A stretch of 64,000 bases of DNA from Candidatus Methanoperedenaceae archaeon. Lineage in GTDB: Archaea; Halobacteriota; Methanosarcinia; Methanosarcinales; Methanoperedenaceae. The notes below the pieces were generated by a model. It saw nothing but the letters and a program-made list of their open reading frames with translations, did no database searches and was not told where the DNA came from. This document shows positions 31,187 to 41,204 of this stretch, one piece after another; positions within the stretch are counted from its first letter, which is position 1; the number at the start of each line of letters is the position of its first letter. Position numbers and translations under genes: made by a program. The DNA lies in the NCBI GenBank assembly GCA_963753595.1, contig CAVWCX010000002.1, positions 68,060 through 132,059 of the forward strand. The letters run 5' to 3'.

Positions 31187-33069
31187 TACAGTTCACCCCT
31201 CCAGCGCAGGTAATACAGTTCAAGGAACACCAGGAACATGGCTGCCATTATGAAATAAATATCAAGATTCTTTTGTTTCCGGATAGTCTCAGGCGAATAG
31301 ACAGGCTGTTGTGAAGCAGAAACGTTTGACGCCTCAGCCTCAAGCCCGCCGCTGACAAGATTTGATTCCCGTTCATCATACAAATTCACTGCCACGATCT
31401 TCCCCGGCACGTCATAAACTCCAACCTCATCAAGCAGCAGCGTATCAGTTGTCACCGTATCGGCAGGTGTAATCACTTTCACCGGCACAGGGAATTTTAT
31501 CAACATTCCCGTTTTTGCATTATATTCAGTCACATCAAGGCTTCCCTTTATCCATTCAAGCATCTGTTTCCAGAAAAGCGGATAACCCGGAAGCGTATGT
31601 AAGTCATTCCAGACCTGTTCATTAAGCGGGTCATAAATATTATTCCCCCCAGGGTCAGCAAGGCCGGAATAGACAACTATTCCTTTCCCGAATTTCCAGT
31701 AAGCAAGAATAGCTGATTTTTCTTTATCCCCGCTTTCAACAAGACCCACAGCGCCATTTTTCAGACGTGCCTTGAAATATTTCTTGACATCGGTTTTTTC
31801 AATGTCTATGCCTGCTGTTATTGTGGTCTGGCGCGCGATATTCAGGGATGTCTTATTTCCGAGTGTCCCCGGTTCAACCGGCAGGAGAGCCATATCCGTA
31901 AGACCCGAAGATGCAATTATTACGGCCGTTCCTCCGCTGCTGACATATTCATGCAGTTTTGTAACAGCGTCCTGCGGCATGGGGGCACTCACTACAACAA
32001 TATAACCGGACATCGAAGGTATGCTTTTCGGGTCAGCTTTTGTGACTTTTGTACCGGGAATAAGTCCAAGTGCAAGTATTGATGGCGATTTTGGATTATC
32101 CGTAATATAAAGGACATCACGCTGCATCGATGGCGGCACATAAATAAAGGCATTGTTATCAACAGGAAGAGCGTCATTGGAATCTATGGATATCTTCGTA
32201 GTCCCCGGGTTCAGGGAAAGGTCACTGATGCTGAAATATTCACTTGACTGGCCTTTGATATTGAGCGTATCCTTAACTGCATTCTTATCATTTATCGTAA
32301 CATCGATATTTACATCCCGTGCATCCTTATTGAAGTTCTTTATGACTATTTTGTAATCGCCCCCCGATTCAAACCAGCCATTAACGATACCAATATTGTC
32401 AGTCCGTCCACTTATGGTTATAAAATCAACTTTGATCCCGCTCGCTTCTGCGACTTTCTTTGCAATTGCCGGACTGTCACCGCTCCAGCTGATAAAATCA
32501 GAAAGGACAACGATCCTTCCGCCTTCGGGAAGCACCCTTTGCCCCAGGAGGATGGCGCTTGAAAGGTCAACACCTGTGGCTTTTGCCTTAAGTTTTGCGA
32601 GGGCATCCGTAGCGCTGCTCGCCGGGGCTTCTTTCATAACCATTACGGGAATACTCTGGGCAAGAATGATAGTATTTTTAGCACTTAAGAATTTATTTGC
32701 CTCATCCACTGCTTTTGTGAATCTTCCATCCGCCTGCATACTTCCTGAGGCATCAAGGATAATGACAGTTGAACCGCCGCCTGCTTCTTCGTTGGCCATA
32801 ATAAAAGGCGCGGCAATTGCAAGTGAAATGACAATAAGCGCAAGGAGCTGGATGAGAAAGAGCGGATCTTTCAGGAATTTCCTGAAAATATTAAGGCGCC
32901 TTTTCTTTTCAATGTCAAGAAGGAACATGACCGAAGGGATCTTTATTTTTTTTGCTCTTGGCCTGAGAAGATAAATAATTATAAGCGGAATAATTGATAA
33001 AAGCGCGTAAAGTCCGGCCTCATTGGCGTATTGCATCGGATTTGATAAAAATGAATCTAAAAGTGCCAT
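31186..33069 (-). CDS. BatA N-terminal/VWA-domain membrane protein
   Basis: PLIIIYLLRPR...IPSVMFL, ILDASGSM, LSDF. Confidence 0.85.
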   Translation of the reverse strand: MALLDSFLSNPMQYANEAGLYALLSIIPLIIIYLLRPRAKKIKIPSVMFLLDIEKKRRLNIFRKFLKDPLFLIQLLALIVISLAIAAPFIMANEEAGGGSTVIILDASGSMQADGRFTKAVDEANKFLSAKNTIILAQSIPVMVMKEAPASSATDALAKLKAKATGVDLSSAILLGQRVLPEGGRIVVLSDFISWSGDSPAIAKKVAEASGIKVDFITISGRTDNIGIVNGWFESGGDYKIVIKNFNKDARDVNIDVTINDKNAVKDTLNIKGQSSEYFSISDLSLNPGTTKISIDSNDALPVDNNAFIYVPPSMQRDVLYITDNPKSPSILALGLIPGTKVTKADPKSIPSMSGYIVVVSAPMPQDAVTKLHEYVSSGGTAVIIASSGLTDMALLPVEPGTLGNKTSLNIARQTTITAGIDIEKTDVKKYFKARLKNGAVGLVESGDKEKSAILAYWKFGKGIVVYSGLADPGGNNIYDPLNEQVWNDLHTLPGYPLFWKQMLEWIKGSLDVTEYNAKTGMLIKFPVPVKVITPADTVTTDTLLLDEVGVYDVPGKIVAVNLYDERESNLVSGGLEAEASNVSASQQPVYSPETIRKQKNLDIYFIMAAMFLVFLELYYLRWRGEL

Positions 33070-33078
33070 TATATCCCT

Positions 33079-33939
33079 CTATTTCTTCCCCGCTTCTCTT
33101 TTGTTCACAACTTCAAAAATGGAATCAAAAACAGGCTTATCAGTAGTTACAGTATGAAAATCAGCCCCTACCGTTATACAGGTTTCCTTGATCTTTGCGA
33201 TATGGTCATTCAGCCTCTTGCTGTATTCGGCACGAAGCCTTGGGCTTGTGTATATATCCAATTTTGCATCGGTCTCAAGGTCGATCAATTTTGCTTCTCC
33301 GCCAAGGTCAAGGCTTTTCTCAAGCGGGTCAAGCACCTGGATAAGCACAAGTTCATTATCCCCAAGCCTGAATATTGAGTTCCTGATCGCTTCAACATCA
33401 GTCATAAAATCAGATATTATAAAGACGAGGGACCTTGATTTTATAACGCTGGCATATTTTTCCATGCAATAATCAAAATGTGTCTTTCCTTTAAGCTGGG
33501 CGCTGTTAAGAAGATCAATTGTAAGGGAAAGATATTTTCTGCCTCGTTTGGGTCTTGTGATATCTATCTCTTCACCGAATGCAGCAACCGCGAATTTCTC
33601 ATTATCCCTGGTTACAAGATATGCAAATCCGAGCGCCAGCATAGCGGCATATTCAAATTTATTGCGAAAATCCATGCTCTTGCTGGTATCAAGCAGTATG
33701 TGGGTGGTCAAGCTTTTTTCTTCTTCGAATTCCTTTACATAAAGTTTTTCTGTACGCCCGTAAACTTTCCAGTCTATAGTTTTGAAATCGTCTCCCTGCG
33801 TGTATTCACGATAGCTTACCGGCTCCATTCCCCGGCCTTTCAGTATAGAGCGCCTGCTTCCGCTGTATGCGGTGGATACGCGTTTACGTACCATGAATGA
33901 GAAGCGGTCAAGCTCCTTGAAGAACGAAGTATCGATCAT
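33079..33939 (-). CDS. DUF58 family protein
   Basis: YREYTQGDDFKTIDWKVYGR, LDTSKSM, ISDF. Confidence 0.92.
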   Translation of the reverse strand: MIDTSFFKELDRFSFMVRKRVSTAYSGSRRSILKGRGMEPVSYREYTQGDDFKTIDWKVYGRTEKLYVKEFEEEKSLTTHILLDTSKSMDFRNKFEYAAMLALGFAYLVTRDNEKFAVAAFGEEIDITRPKRGRKYLSLTIDLLNSAQLKGKTHFDYCMEKYASVIKSRSLVFIISDFMTDVEAIRNSIFRLGDNELVLIQVLDPLEKSLDLGGEAKLIDLETDAKLDIYTSPRLRAEYSKRLNDHIAKIKETCITVGADFHTVTTDKPVFDSIFEVVNKREAGKK

Positions 33940-34887
33940 CTATTTCACGTTTTTAAGGAGATCTGATATCACCTGGTCTGTAGTCATGCCCTTGCGCTCG
34001 GACTCGAATGTCAGGATTATGCGGTGGCGAAGCACAGGATATGCCATGGCATCGATATCTTCCTTACTGACATAATTCCTGCCCTTCATAAGCGCCCGTG
34101 CTTTACCTGCAAGGATTATACCGATCGAGGCCCTTGGTGACGCGCCGTATTCTATATGTTCGCTCTTAGCCCTTGTTGCCTCCACGATCCTGATAGCTCT
34201 GACCTTTATATCTTCAGCGATCGGGACATCCCGAGTGAGCTTCTGGAGTTCAAGGACTTCGGTTTTTGAGACTACGCTTCTTACTGTCGGAACAATATTT
34301 TTAGTGTACCTGTTAACGATCTCATTCTCTTCCTCAAATGCAGGATAGTCCATATAGATCTTAAGGAGGAACCTGTCAAGCTGCGCTTCCGGGAGCGGGT
34401 ATGTACCTTCCATCTCGATGGGATTCTGGGTGGCAAGAATAAAAAAAGGCTTATCCAGCGGGTAGGTCTTGTTGCCCACTGTTACTTGTTTTTCCTGCAT
34501 CGCTTCAAGCATGGCGCTCTGGGTCTTTGGCGATGCCCTGTTTATCTCATCAGCAAGAACGATATTGGCAAACACTGGTCCTGGTTCAAACCTGTATTGT
34601 TTCTTCCCGCCGATATCCTCGATAATATACGTGCCTGTAATATCCGACGGCATAAGATCAGGCGTGCACTGTATCCTGTTGAACTTAAGGTCAAGGGCTT
34701 TGGATATCGTGCTGATCGTAAGTGTTTTTGCCAGCCCGGGATTGCTCTCCACAAGAGCATGGCTGTTACAAAGGATCGCTATCATCATCTGTTCAACTGC
34801 CTCATGCTGTCCCACGACCACTTTGCCGATCTCATCAAGAAGCTCCTTGAAAATCCTTGTCGAGCTTGAATATGTCTCGTTACTCAT
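33940..34887 (-). CDS. MoxR-family AAA+ ATPase
   Basis: PGLAKT, RIQCTPDLMPSD, DEINRA, ATQNPIEMEGTYPLPEAQLDRF. Confidence 0.95.
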   Translation of the reverse strand: MSNETYSSSTRIFKELLDEIGKVVVGQHEAVEQMMIAILCNSHALVESNPGLAKTLTISTISKALDLKFNRIQCTPDLMPSDITGTYIIEDIGGKKQYRFEPGPVFANIVLADEINRASPKTQSAMLEAMQEKQVTVGNKTYPLDKPFFILATQNPIEMEGTYPLPEAQLDRFLLKIYMDYPAFEEENEIVNRYTKNIVPTVRSVVSKTEVLELQKLTRDVPIAEDIKVRAIRIVEATRAKSEHIEYGASPRASIGIILAGKARALMKGRNYVSKEDIDAMAYPVLRHRIILTFESERKGMTTDQVISDLLKNVK

Positions 34888-34900
34888 GTTTTAACCTCTA

Positions 34901-35773
34901 TCATATTTTACTCCTTTCGATTGCATATTTATTAATTATCATCTTTTCGATTTCTGTTTTTGTCATCAGCATACTGTAGCCGCCATCAGAAACATTGGAA
35001 CCAAGGATATCAACAGGAAATGCCGCTGACTTGATGAACTGGTTATTTGTCTGGCTTGTATCCCTCACATCAAAACCCGTATCCATTCCGGAATATAATG
35101 TCAGGTCAATATTCTTTCCTTCAATGGATGCGATCTTTGGCTTTCCGAAAATGTCCCCTGACCCTTTTGCCCCGATGTTATCACTGTTTACGGGGCTGTT
35201 GGTAATATCGATCAGGCCAGTGTTATTTTCCTCTCCTCCAAAGACCTTTGTAATATTTGAAAGTGTATTTTCCGGTATCTGGTAATCTTGTGGGTTATTT
35301 GAAATAAAAACCATGCCTGCAATAAAAATGACCGTGATCAAGACCTTTGAGATTATCGTGCTTTTAGCCAGGAGTTTTGAAGGTGAAACAACCTTCATCG
35401 ATTCTGAAACTATGGTTTTCAATGATTCCACTATGATATTAGTCTCATCGCGGTTATCGTAGGCTGTCCTGAGTTTTTCATTCAGGTCAGGATATTTATT
35501 TTCAATCAATTTGATAACATTTAATTTACTATCCTTCCTATGCAATAAAATCGATAAGATGACGGCAATGATAATTGCAATAACAGGAGGAATGAATTTG
35601 ACCGGAATGGATGTGATAGGTAAGTATTTGTTCAGGAAATATTCAAGATTTATAATAATGAAAATTGCATAGAGAATGCTGAAAATTGCGATCAGGTCAA
35701 GGATAAAAAGCATCCGCATCCTGCTAAGAAATCCAATCCTGGTTTGTTTTAGCTTATCCAGAAATTCGTCCAT
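34901..35773 (-). CDS. Hypothetical membrane protein, first gene of the MoxR operon
   Basis: Three TM segments; IENKYPDLNEKLRTAYD. Confidence 0.7.
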   Translation of the reverse strand: MDEFLDKLKQTRIGFLSRMRMLFILDLIAIFSILYAIFIIINLEYFLNKYLPITSIPVKFIPPVIAIIIAVILSILLHRKDSKLNVIKLIENKYPDLNEKLRTAYDNRDETNIIVESLKTIVSESMKVVSPSKLLAKSTIISKVLITVIFIAGMVFISNNPQDYQIPENTLSNITKVFGGEENNTGLIDITNSPVNSDNIGAKGSGDIFGKPKIASIEGKNIDLTLYSGMDTGFDVRDTSQTNNQFIKSAAFPVDILGSNVSDGGYSMLMTKTEIEKMIINKYAIERSKI

Positions 35774-35862
35774 TCAGTCACCTTCACCCGCATTATTGGT
35801 TTTGATTATATTAAGTCTTGGGATAGGTAAGTTTATGTATTCAAAAAGGAATTAAGGCAACC

Positions 35863-35995
35863 TGAACCAAATTCTATTGGTTCAACATTAACCGTAGCAG
35901 GTTTTGGCCTGCGGCGTATGAATTGAAACAATTCGAATGCAGTAAAGCCTCAAAAGGTTTGCATGAGTCGGATCATAAATGATCTTACGGAGGAA
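35863..35995 (+). ncRNA. Candidate structured 5' leader of the rpl18e operon
   Basis: Five hairpins; closing stem CCGTA/TACGG overlaps the GGAGG RBS. Confidence 0.55.
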
Positions 35996-35999
35996 AAGA

Positions 36000-36362
36000 A
36001 TGAAAAATAATTACAAGACAAATGGAAGATTGCTGGACCTTATTTCAGGTCTTAAAGAACAATCCAGGAACAAACAGGTTCCTCTATGGCGCGATATTGC
36101 GATAAGGCTTGAGTGCCCCACAAGAGATGCTACTGAAGTCAATCTCAGCAGGATAAACAGGTACACAAAAGAAAAAGACCTGATCCTGGTACCCGGTAAA
36201 GTCCTGGGCGCTGGTGAATTGAATCATAAGTTAACTGTTGCAGCTGTAAGTTTCAGCGAAGGCGCAAGGAACAAAATAATCGAAGCCGGCGGTTCATGCC
36301 TCTCAATAGAAGAACTGATGAACAAAAACCCGGAAGGCTCCAGGGTAAGAATAATCGGGTGA
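36000..36362 (+). CDS. rpl18e: 50S ribosomal protein L18e
   Basis: [28 protein letters not shown]. Confidence 0.95.
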   Translation: MKNNYKTNGRLLDLISGLKEQSRNKQVPLWRDIAIRLECPTRDATEVNLSRINRYTKEKDLILVPGKVLGAGELNHKLTVAAVSFSEGARNKIIEAGGSCLSIEELMNKNPEGSRVRIIG

Positions 36363-36366
36363 TAAC

Positions 36367-36786
36367 ATGACAGTAATAGACGCAAATAATCTTATTCTGG
36401 GAAGAATGGCAAGTACAGTAGCACAGCGAATATTAAATGGTGAACAGATCAATATCATAAACGCTGAAAAAGCGATCATCTCAGGCAGGAAAGATGCTAC
36501 ATTCGATCGATACCATGCTTATGTAGCTCGTGGTTCACGGGAATTCGGCCCTCGTTTCCCAAGAAGGCCGGACCAGATAGTGGCAAGAACGATCAGGGGT
36601 ATGATCCCGCATACGAAAACTTCAGGAAGGGATGCGTATAACCTGTTAAGGGTTTATGTCGGCGTTCCCCCGGAACTTAGTAAAGAACAGGCGATCACCA
36701 TAAATGACGCAAGTATTACACGTCTATCCACCAGTAATTATACTGTGCTTGGTGACTTGAGCAAGAGATTAGGATCAAAATTTTAG
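36367..36786 (+). CDS. rpl13: 50S ribosomal protein L13
   Basis: IDA..LILGRMAS, NAEKAIISG, PRRPD.I..RTIRGM. Confidence 0.95.
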   Translation: MTVIDANNLILGRMASTVAQRILNGEQINIINAEKAIISGRKDATFDRYHAYVARGSREFGPRFPRRPDQIVARTIRGMIPHTKTSGRDAYNLLRVYVGVPPELSKEQAITINDASITRLSTSNYTVLGDLSKRLGSKF

Positions 36787-36795
36787 GTGTTATAT

Positions 36796-37194
36796 ATGAA
36801 AATCGTTAATTCATCAGGAAAAAGGAAAACCGCAATTGCCCGGGCAACCATAAGGGAAGGAAAGGGGCGCGTAAGAGTAAACAAACAACCTATCGAAATA
36901 CTCGAACCAGCAATAATCCGTTTCAAAATGTCAGAACCTCTTGATTTTGCAGGTAATGTCATTCCCACTATCGATATCGATGTAAATGTCCATGGCGGCG
37001 GCATATTTGGGCAGGCAGGCGCTGTTCGTACAGCTATCGCAAGAGGTCTTGTGGACTGGACAAATGACACAGCACTCAGAGATGCATTGGCAACGTATGA
37101 CAGGAGTCTACTCGTGAACGACACCCGTTACAAACTGCCAAAGAAATTCGGCGGTCGCGGAGCCAGAAAGAGAAGACAGAAATCATACAGGTGA
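36796..37194 (+). CDS. rps9: 30S ribosomal protein S9
   Basis: [30 protein letters not shown]. Confidence 0.97.
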   Translation: MKIVNSSGKRKTAIARATIREGKGRVRVNKQPIEILEPAIIRFKMSEPLDFAGNVIPTIDIDVNVHGGGIFGQAGAVRTAIARGLVDWTNDTALRDALATYDRSLLVNDTRYKLPKKFGGRGARKRRQKSYR

Positions 37195-37197
37195 AAC

Positions 37198-37383
37198 ATG
37201 ATACCGGTACGATGCTTTTCATGCGGTAAAGTCGTCTCAAGCGTATGGGATGAATACAAGAAACGATCTCAGACCGAGGACCCAGGTAAAGTCCTGACTG
37301 ATCTGGGAATCGAACGATACTGCTGCAGGCGAATGCTGCTGACCCATGTAGAGTTGGTGGACCTCCTGGCACCGTACCAGTAA
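37198..37383 (+). CDS. rpoN: RNA polymerase subunit Rpo10 (N)
   Basis: [11 protein letters not shown]...RYCCRRM. Confidence 0.97.
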   Translation: MIPVRCFSCGKVVSSVWDEYKKRSQTEDPGKVLTDLGIERYCCRRMLLTHVELVDLLAPYQ

Positions 37384-37386
37384 GGA

Positions 37387-37461
37387 GGGGTTGTAGGGTA
37401 GCCTGGTCCATCCTATAGCGTTCGGGACGCTGTGACCTGAGTTCAAATCTCAGCAACCCCA
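37387..37461 (+). tRNA. tRNA-Pro (CGG)
   Basis: Acceptor GGGGTTG/CAACCCC, anticodon arm TAGCG-TTCGGGA-CGCTG, T-loop GTTCAAATC; usual position after rpoN. Confidence 0.95.
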
Positions 37462-37586
37462 TTTCTCAGGACACGGCTATTGAATAGAACATGAACCACT
37501 CTCAGAGGGACTCTGAGAAAAAGAATAGTTAAAACAATTGAATTCATTGAACTTTAAGGTACTAAGGTTATTTTTGAGGTGATTTA

Positions 37587-37781
37587 GTGAGTGAAATAAA
37601 GCTGACGCGATATGAGCGTGCAAGACTTATCGGTGCAAGGGCGCTTCAGATCTCCCTTGGGGCACCGGTTTTGATAGATATTGACAAAGGTGAGCCCATA
37701 GATTTGGCTATGGCAGAATTAGAACAGGGAGTAATCCCGATAACAGTGAAAAGAACAGTAATAGAATTAAAAGCTTCATAA
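37587..37781 (+). CDS. rpoK: RNA polymerase subunit Rpo6 (K)
   Basis: [21 protein letters not shown]. Confidence 0.96.
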   Translation: MSEIKLTRYERARLIGARALQISLGAPVLIDIDKGEPIDLAMAELEQGVIPITVKRTVIELKAS

Positions 37782-37793
37782 GGTGTGGTTTAA

Positions 37794-38420
37794 ATGGAAG
37801 ATATCATTGATATAAAACAGGATGTAAAACAGGATACTGGTTATGAATCGATCATTCCGCAGGACGAATACCTGACTGCAGGGATACATATTGGTACCCA
37901 GCAAAAAACAAAAGAAATGATGCGCTTTGTATACCGCGTCAGGACTGACGGCTTATATGTACTGGATATACAGGCAACCGACCAGAGAATAAGACTTGCT
38001 GCAAAATTACTTGCAAAATATGACCCGCAAAAGATCCTGGTCGTATCTGCAAGACAGTATGGTTATTATCCCTCGGAAATGTTCGCAAAGGTAATAGGCG
38101 CAAAAGCAGAAATTGGAAGGTTTATCCCGGGTACAATGACAAACCCGAAACTGCATAAATTCATAGAACCTGATATTCTTGTGGTAACAGATCCATCAGG
38201 AGATATGCAGGCAGTGAACGAGGCAGTCAATATCGGTATACCCGTAATTGGCCTGTGTGATACCAACAATTCATTAGGTAATGTTGACCTTGTAATTCCA
38301 ACAAACAATAAAGGGAGGAAAGCGCTGGCTTTGATATACTGGCTCCTTGCAAAAAAGACCCTTGAGGCAAGAGGAGAAAATATAACCCACACAGTAGCGG
38401 ATTTCGAAGCAGAACTTTAA
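37794..38420 (+). CDS. rps2: 30S ribosomal protein S2
   Basis: [33 protein letters not shown]. Confidence 0.97.
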   Translation: MEDIIDIKQDVKQDTGYESIIPQDEYLTAGIHIGTQQKTKEMMRFVYRVRTDGLYVLDIQATDQRIRLAAKLLAKYDPQKILVVSARQYGYYPSEMFAKVIGAKAEIGRFIPGTMTNPKLHKFIEPDILVVTDPSGDMQAVNEAVNIGIPVIGLCDTNNSLGNVDLVIPTNNKGRKALALIYWLLAKKTLEARGENITHTVADFEAEL

Positions 38421-38426
38421 GAGAAT

Positions 38427-39221
38427 ATGAGGGCTCCGGCGGTTTCGGGGCAATTTTACCCGCGAAATATTGACGACCTGGACATGGAGATCAGCCGGTG
38501 CTTTGAAGGTGTACCTGCTGGTGAGAAACAGGTTTTGGGAGCCGTTGTTCCTCACGCGGGTTATATTTATTCAGGAAATACGGCGGCTCATGTGTATTCG
38601 ATGCTGCCCGAGGCTGACACTTTTGTTCTATTAGGGCCAAATCATACAGGATATGGCTCTCCTGTATCTGTATCAAGCGAAAAATGGAGCACACCATTAG
38701 GTGAGGTCGGTTCAGATATAGAATTCATAAAGGCATTGCCTAAAAGGATCATTGATACAGATGAAACTGCTCACAAGTACGAGCATTCAATAGAAGTCCA
38801 ACTTCCTTTTCTCCAGCACAGGTTCAGTGATTTCAACATCGTCCCCATCTGCATGGGAATGCAGGATGAAGAAACAGCCATTGATGTAGGGATGGAACTT
38901 GCCGTAGCTTTGCGCAAGGTGAATAAAAAAATCGTGATAATAGCATCAAGTGACTTCTCTCATTATAAAAAAGATAAGGTAGCGCGGGAGGATGATGCAT
39001 ATTTCATAAATTCGATCCTAAATATGGATATCCCTGGTTTTTACCGGAAATTGTATGAGCGTAATGCTTCAGTATGTGGATATGGTCCAATTGCCGCAAT
39101 GCTTACGGCCTCAAAGGAACTTGGTGCAAAAAAAGCCACATTGCTCAAATACAGCACGAGCGGCGATGTTACCGGGGATCTTGCTGCTGTTGTGGGATAT
39201 GCGGGAATTATTGTGGAATAG
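38427..39221 (+). CDS. MEMO1 family protein (AmmeMemoRadiSam B)
   Basis: RAPAVSGQFYP, PHAGYIYSG, EHSIEVQLPF, ASSDFSHY, CGYGP. Confidence 0.93.
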   Translation: MRAPAVSGQFYPRNIDDLDMEISRCFEGVPAGEKQVLGAVVPHAGYIYSGNTAAHVYSMLPEADTFVLLGPNHTGYGSPVSVSSEKWSTPLGEVGSDIEFIKALPKRIIDTDETAHKYEHSIEVQLPFLQHRFSDFNIVPICMGMQDEETAIDVGMELAVALRKVNKKIVIIASSDFSHYKKDKVAREDDAYFINSILNMDIPGFYRKLYERNASVCGYGPIAAMLTASKELGAKKATLLKYSTSGDVTGDLAAVVGYAGIIVE

Positions 39222-39223
39222 TA

Positions 39224-39859
39224 ATGTATACGAAATTAATGATCATTGGTGGACTGTTCTGGTCATTGACCTACATTCTAATAATCAGGCGTGGTTTCAA
39301 AGATAGAACATATGGGATGCCGCTGGCCGCCCTTTGTGCAAATATTTCCTGGGAGGCAATTTTTTCGATTATATATCCCGTTTCCCCACCTCAACTTTAT
39401 ATAAACTACATCTGGTTCTTAATAGATGCCTTTATCGTGCTGCAATTTTTAAAATATGGCAGGTCGGAATTTCCCGCTCTTTCAAGTAAAAAATTCCATG
39501 CTATGTTCCTGTTAGCTTTAACCACCTGCTTTGGCCTGGTTTTATCCATAACAATGGAATTCAAAGATTTTCAGGGTGCATACGCAGCATTCGGACAAAA
39601 CCTGATGATGTCGGTATTATTCATCGTAATGCTATTTAACCGGGATGATGTTAGGGGGCAATCGATTTACATTGCACTTTGTAAAATGTTTGGTACTGGT
39701 ATAAGCAGCCTGGCTTTTTATTTATATCAACCCATTGCGCAGGGTTCTGTTCTTTTTAGTTTTCTTTTTATTTCAATTTTAATATATGATATTATCTATG
39801 TGATCTTGATTTATCAAAAATCTCGGAAAAATAATCTCCCTATCTGGAGCAGATTATAA
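39224..39859 (+). CDS. Integral-membrane terpene-cyclase-like protein (Pyr4/PaxB/XiaE family)
   Basis: About 7 TM; W..TY..II.R...DRTYGMP..ALCANISWE, RGQS..IA..K..GT, C-terminal YD.IY. Confidence 0.75.
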   Translation: MYTKLMIIGGLFWSLTYILIIRRGFKDRTYGMPLAALCANISWEAIFSIIYPVSPPQLYINYIWFLIDAFIVLQFLKYGRSEFPALSSKKFHAMFLLALTTCFGLVLSITMEFKDFQGAYAAFGQNLMMSVLFIVMLFNRDDVRGQSIYIALCKMFGTGISSLAFYLYQPIAQGSVLFSFLFISILIYDIIYVILIYQKSRKNNLPIWSRL

Positions 39860-39947
39860 TATTAGTTTCAGATATCTTTGCGTCAATTTTTGCCGGTAAC
39901 ATTACGTTATATTATGCATATTACAGTACTGAACTGAAAAACATATC

Positions 39948-40922
39948 ATGGAACTTTCATTTATCTTCATAATCGCTGTTGCTGTTGCTCTTTTCATGGG
40001 GCTTAATATCGGCGGCAATAATGCTGCCGCATCAATGGGCGCTGCATACGGGGCAAAAGTCAGGACAAAATACCAGGCTGTTTTACTCATAGGAGTATTT
40101 TCGGTTCTTGGTGCAGTGATAGATGGCGGGGCAGTCATCAAGACCCTTGGATCCGGGATTCTCCCGGCGGGAACAATTGTTCTACAGGGCGCTATTATTG
40201 CAGTAGCAGCATCTGGAATTACTGTATTTATTGCCAATATGCTAAGAGTTCCCATATCCACCAGCCAGGCAGCAGTCGGGTCAGTGGTCGGGATCGGGTT
40301 TTTCTATGGATCTTCAAAAATAAATGCAGGCTTTATCGGTTATATCATAAGCTGGTGGATCATCACTCCAATTCTGGCATGGTTGCTTGCTTATTTAATG
40401 GGGAAATATCTTTACACACACATCCTTATCTGGCTGGCTGACCACCATGAATCCGATGCTTCGATACGGAAATCCCTCAATATTCTTTTGACTATCTCAG
40501 GGTGTTATGTTGCATATTCAGCTGGCGCCAATAATGCTGCAAATGCAGTCGGTCCTTTTGTGGGGGCAGGAATTATCGGATCAATTCCAGGAGCGATTTT
40601 CGCAGGTCTTGCTATTGGTCTTGGCGCACTGCTCATGGGAGGGAGAGTCCTTGATACTGTTGGGAAAGAGATCACTGAACTATGCGTAATAAGGGCTACT
40701 TTCGTGGAATTCACATCAGCCTTCATAGTTCATATAGCATCCATAAAAGGGATACCGGTTTCATTAGGTGAAATCGTTGCCGCAGGAATAATCGGGATCG
40801 GATGCGCTAATAGCGGAATGCATGTTGTAAAAGGAGATGTTGTTAAGAAAATATTGATCGCATGGGTAGTTTCTCCTCTTCTTGCAGGAACTCTTGCATT
40901 CGGATTAATGAATTTCTTATAG
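39948..40922 (+). CDS. PiT-family inorganic phosphate transporter
   Basis: GGNNAA and GANNAAN signature repeats, PISTSQA; note Asn where PiT usually has Asp (GAND). Confidence 0.82.
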   Translation: MELSFIFIIAVAVALFMGLNIGGNNAAASMGAAYGAKVRTKYQAVLLIGVFSVLGAVIDGGAVIKTLGSGILPAGTIVLQGAIIAVAASGITVFIANMLRVPISTSQAAVGSVVGIGFFYGSSKINAGFIGYIISWWIITPILAWLLAYLMGKYLYTHILIWLADHHESDASIRKSLNILLTISGCYVAYSAGANNAANAVGPFVGAGIIGSIPGAIFAGLAIGLGALLMGGRVLDTVGKEITELCVIRATFVEFTSAFIVHIASIKGIPVSLGEIVAAGIIGIGCANSGMHVVKGDVVKKILIAWVVSPLLAGTLAFGLMNFL

Positions 40923-41204
40923 CACAAATAAGTTCTCAAGCAGCTCAAATCTGCTGATTGCCAGGTCTTTGCTTGCGATCCGCCTGATTATCACACGCCC
41001 CGTATCGAAAATTATTATTTTTTCAACAGGGGGGTTCGTAAGTATTATCATCTCGTTACCGGGGGTTACCTGCACGCTGTCAAACTGTTTTTTGAGTTCT
41101 TCGATCGCACCCGGTACAATTTTTATAGCGCCAAGCTCAGCTTCCCCACTGAAAAGGTCTTCATCGCCTTTCGTGAAGCATGGGTCGATCGTGATGATTT
41201 TCAT
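40917..41204 (-). CDS. Hypothetical protein
   Basis: IIIFDTGRVIIR; directly downstream of coaBC. Confidence 0.6.
   Translation of the reverse strand: MKIITIDPCFTKGDEDLFSGEAELGAIKIVPGAIEELKKQFDSVQVTPGNEMIILTNPPVEKIIIFDTGRVIIRRIASKDLAISRFELLENLFVL

Noticed and set aside
35890-35990. tRNA-Leu expected upstream of rpl18e
   Set aside because: No 7-bp acceptor stem or canonical D/T arm spacing; treated as a structured leader instead.
37500-37518. Hairpin TCTCAGAG/CTCTGAGA after tRNA-Pro
   Set aside because: Short isolated stem; at most a processing or stability element, with no further support.
39074-39223. Cys-rich N-terminal extension of the cyclase-like ORF
   Set aside because: Overlaps the MEMO1 3' end in another frame; the likely start is ATG 39224.
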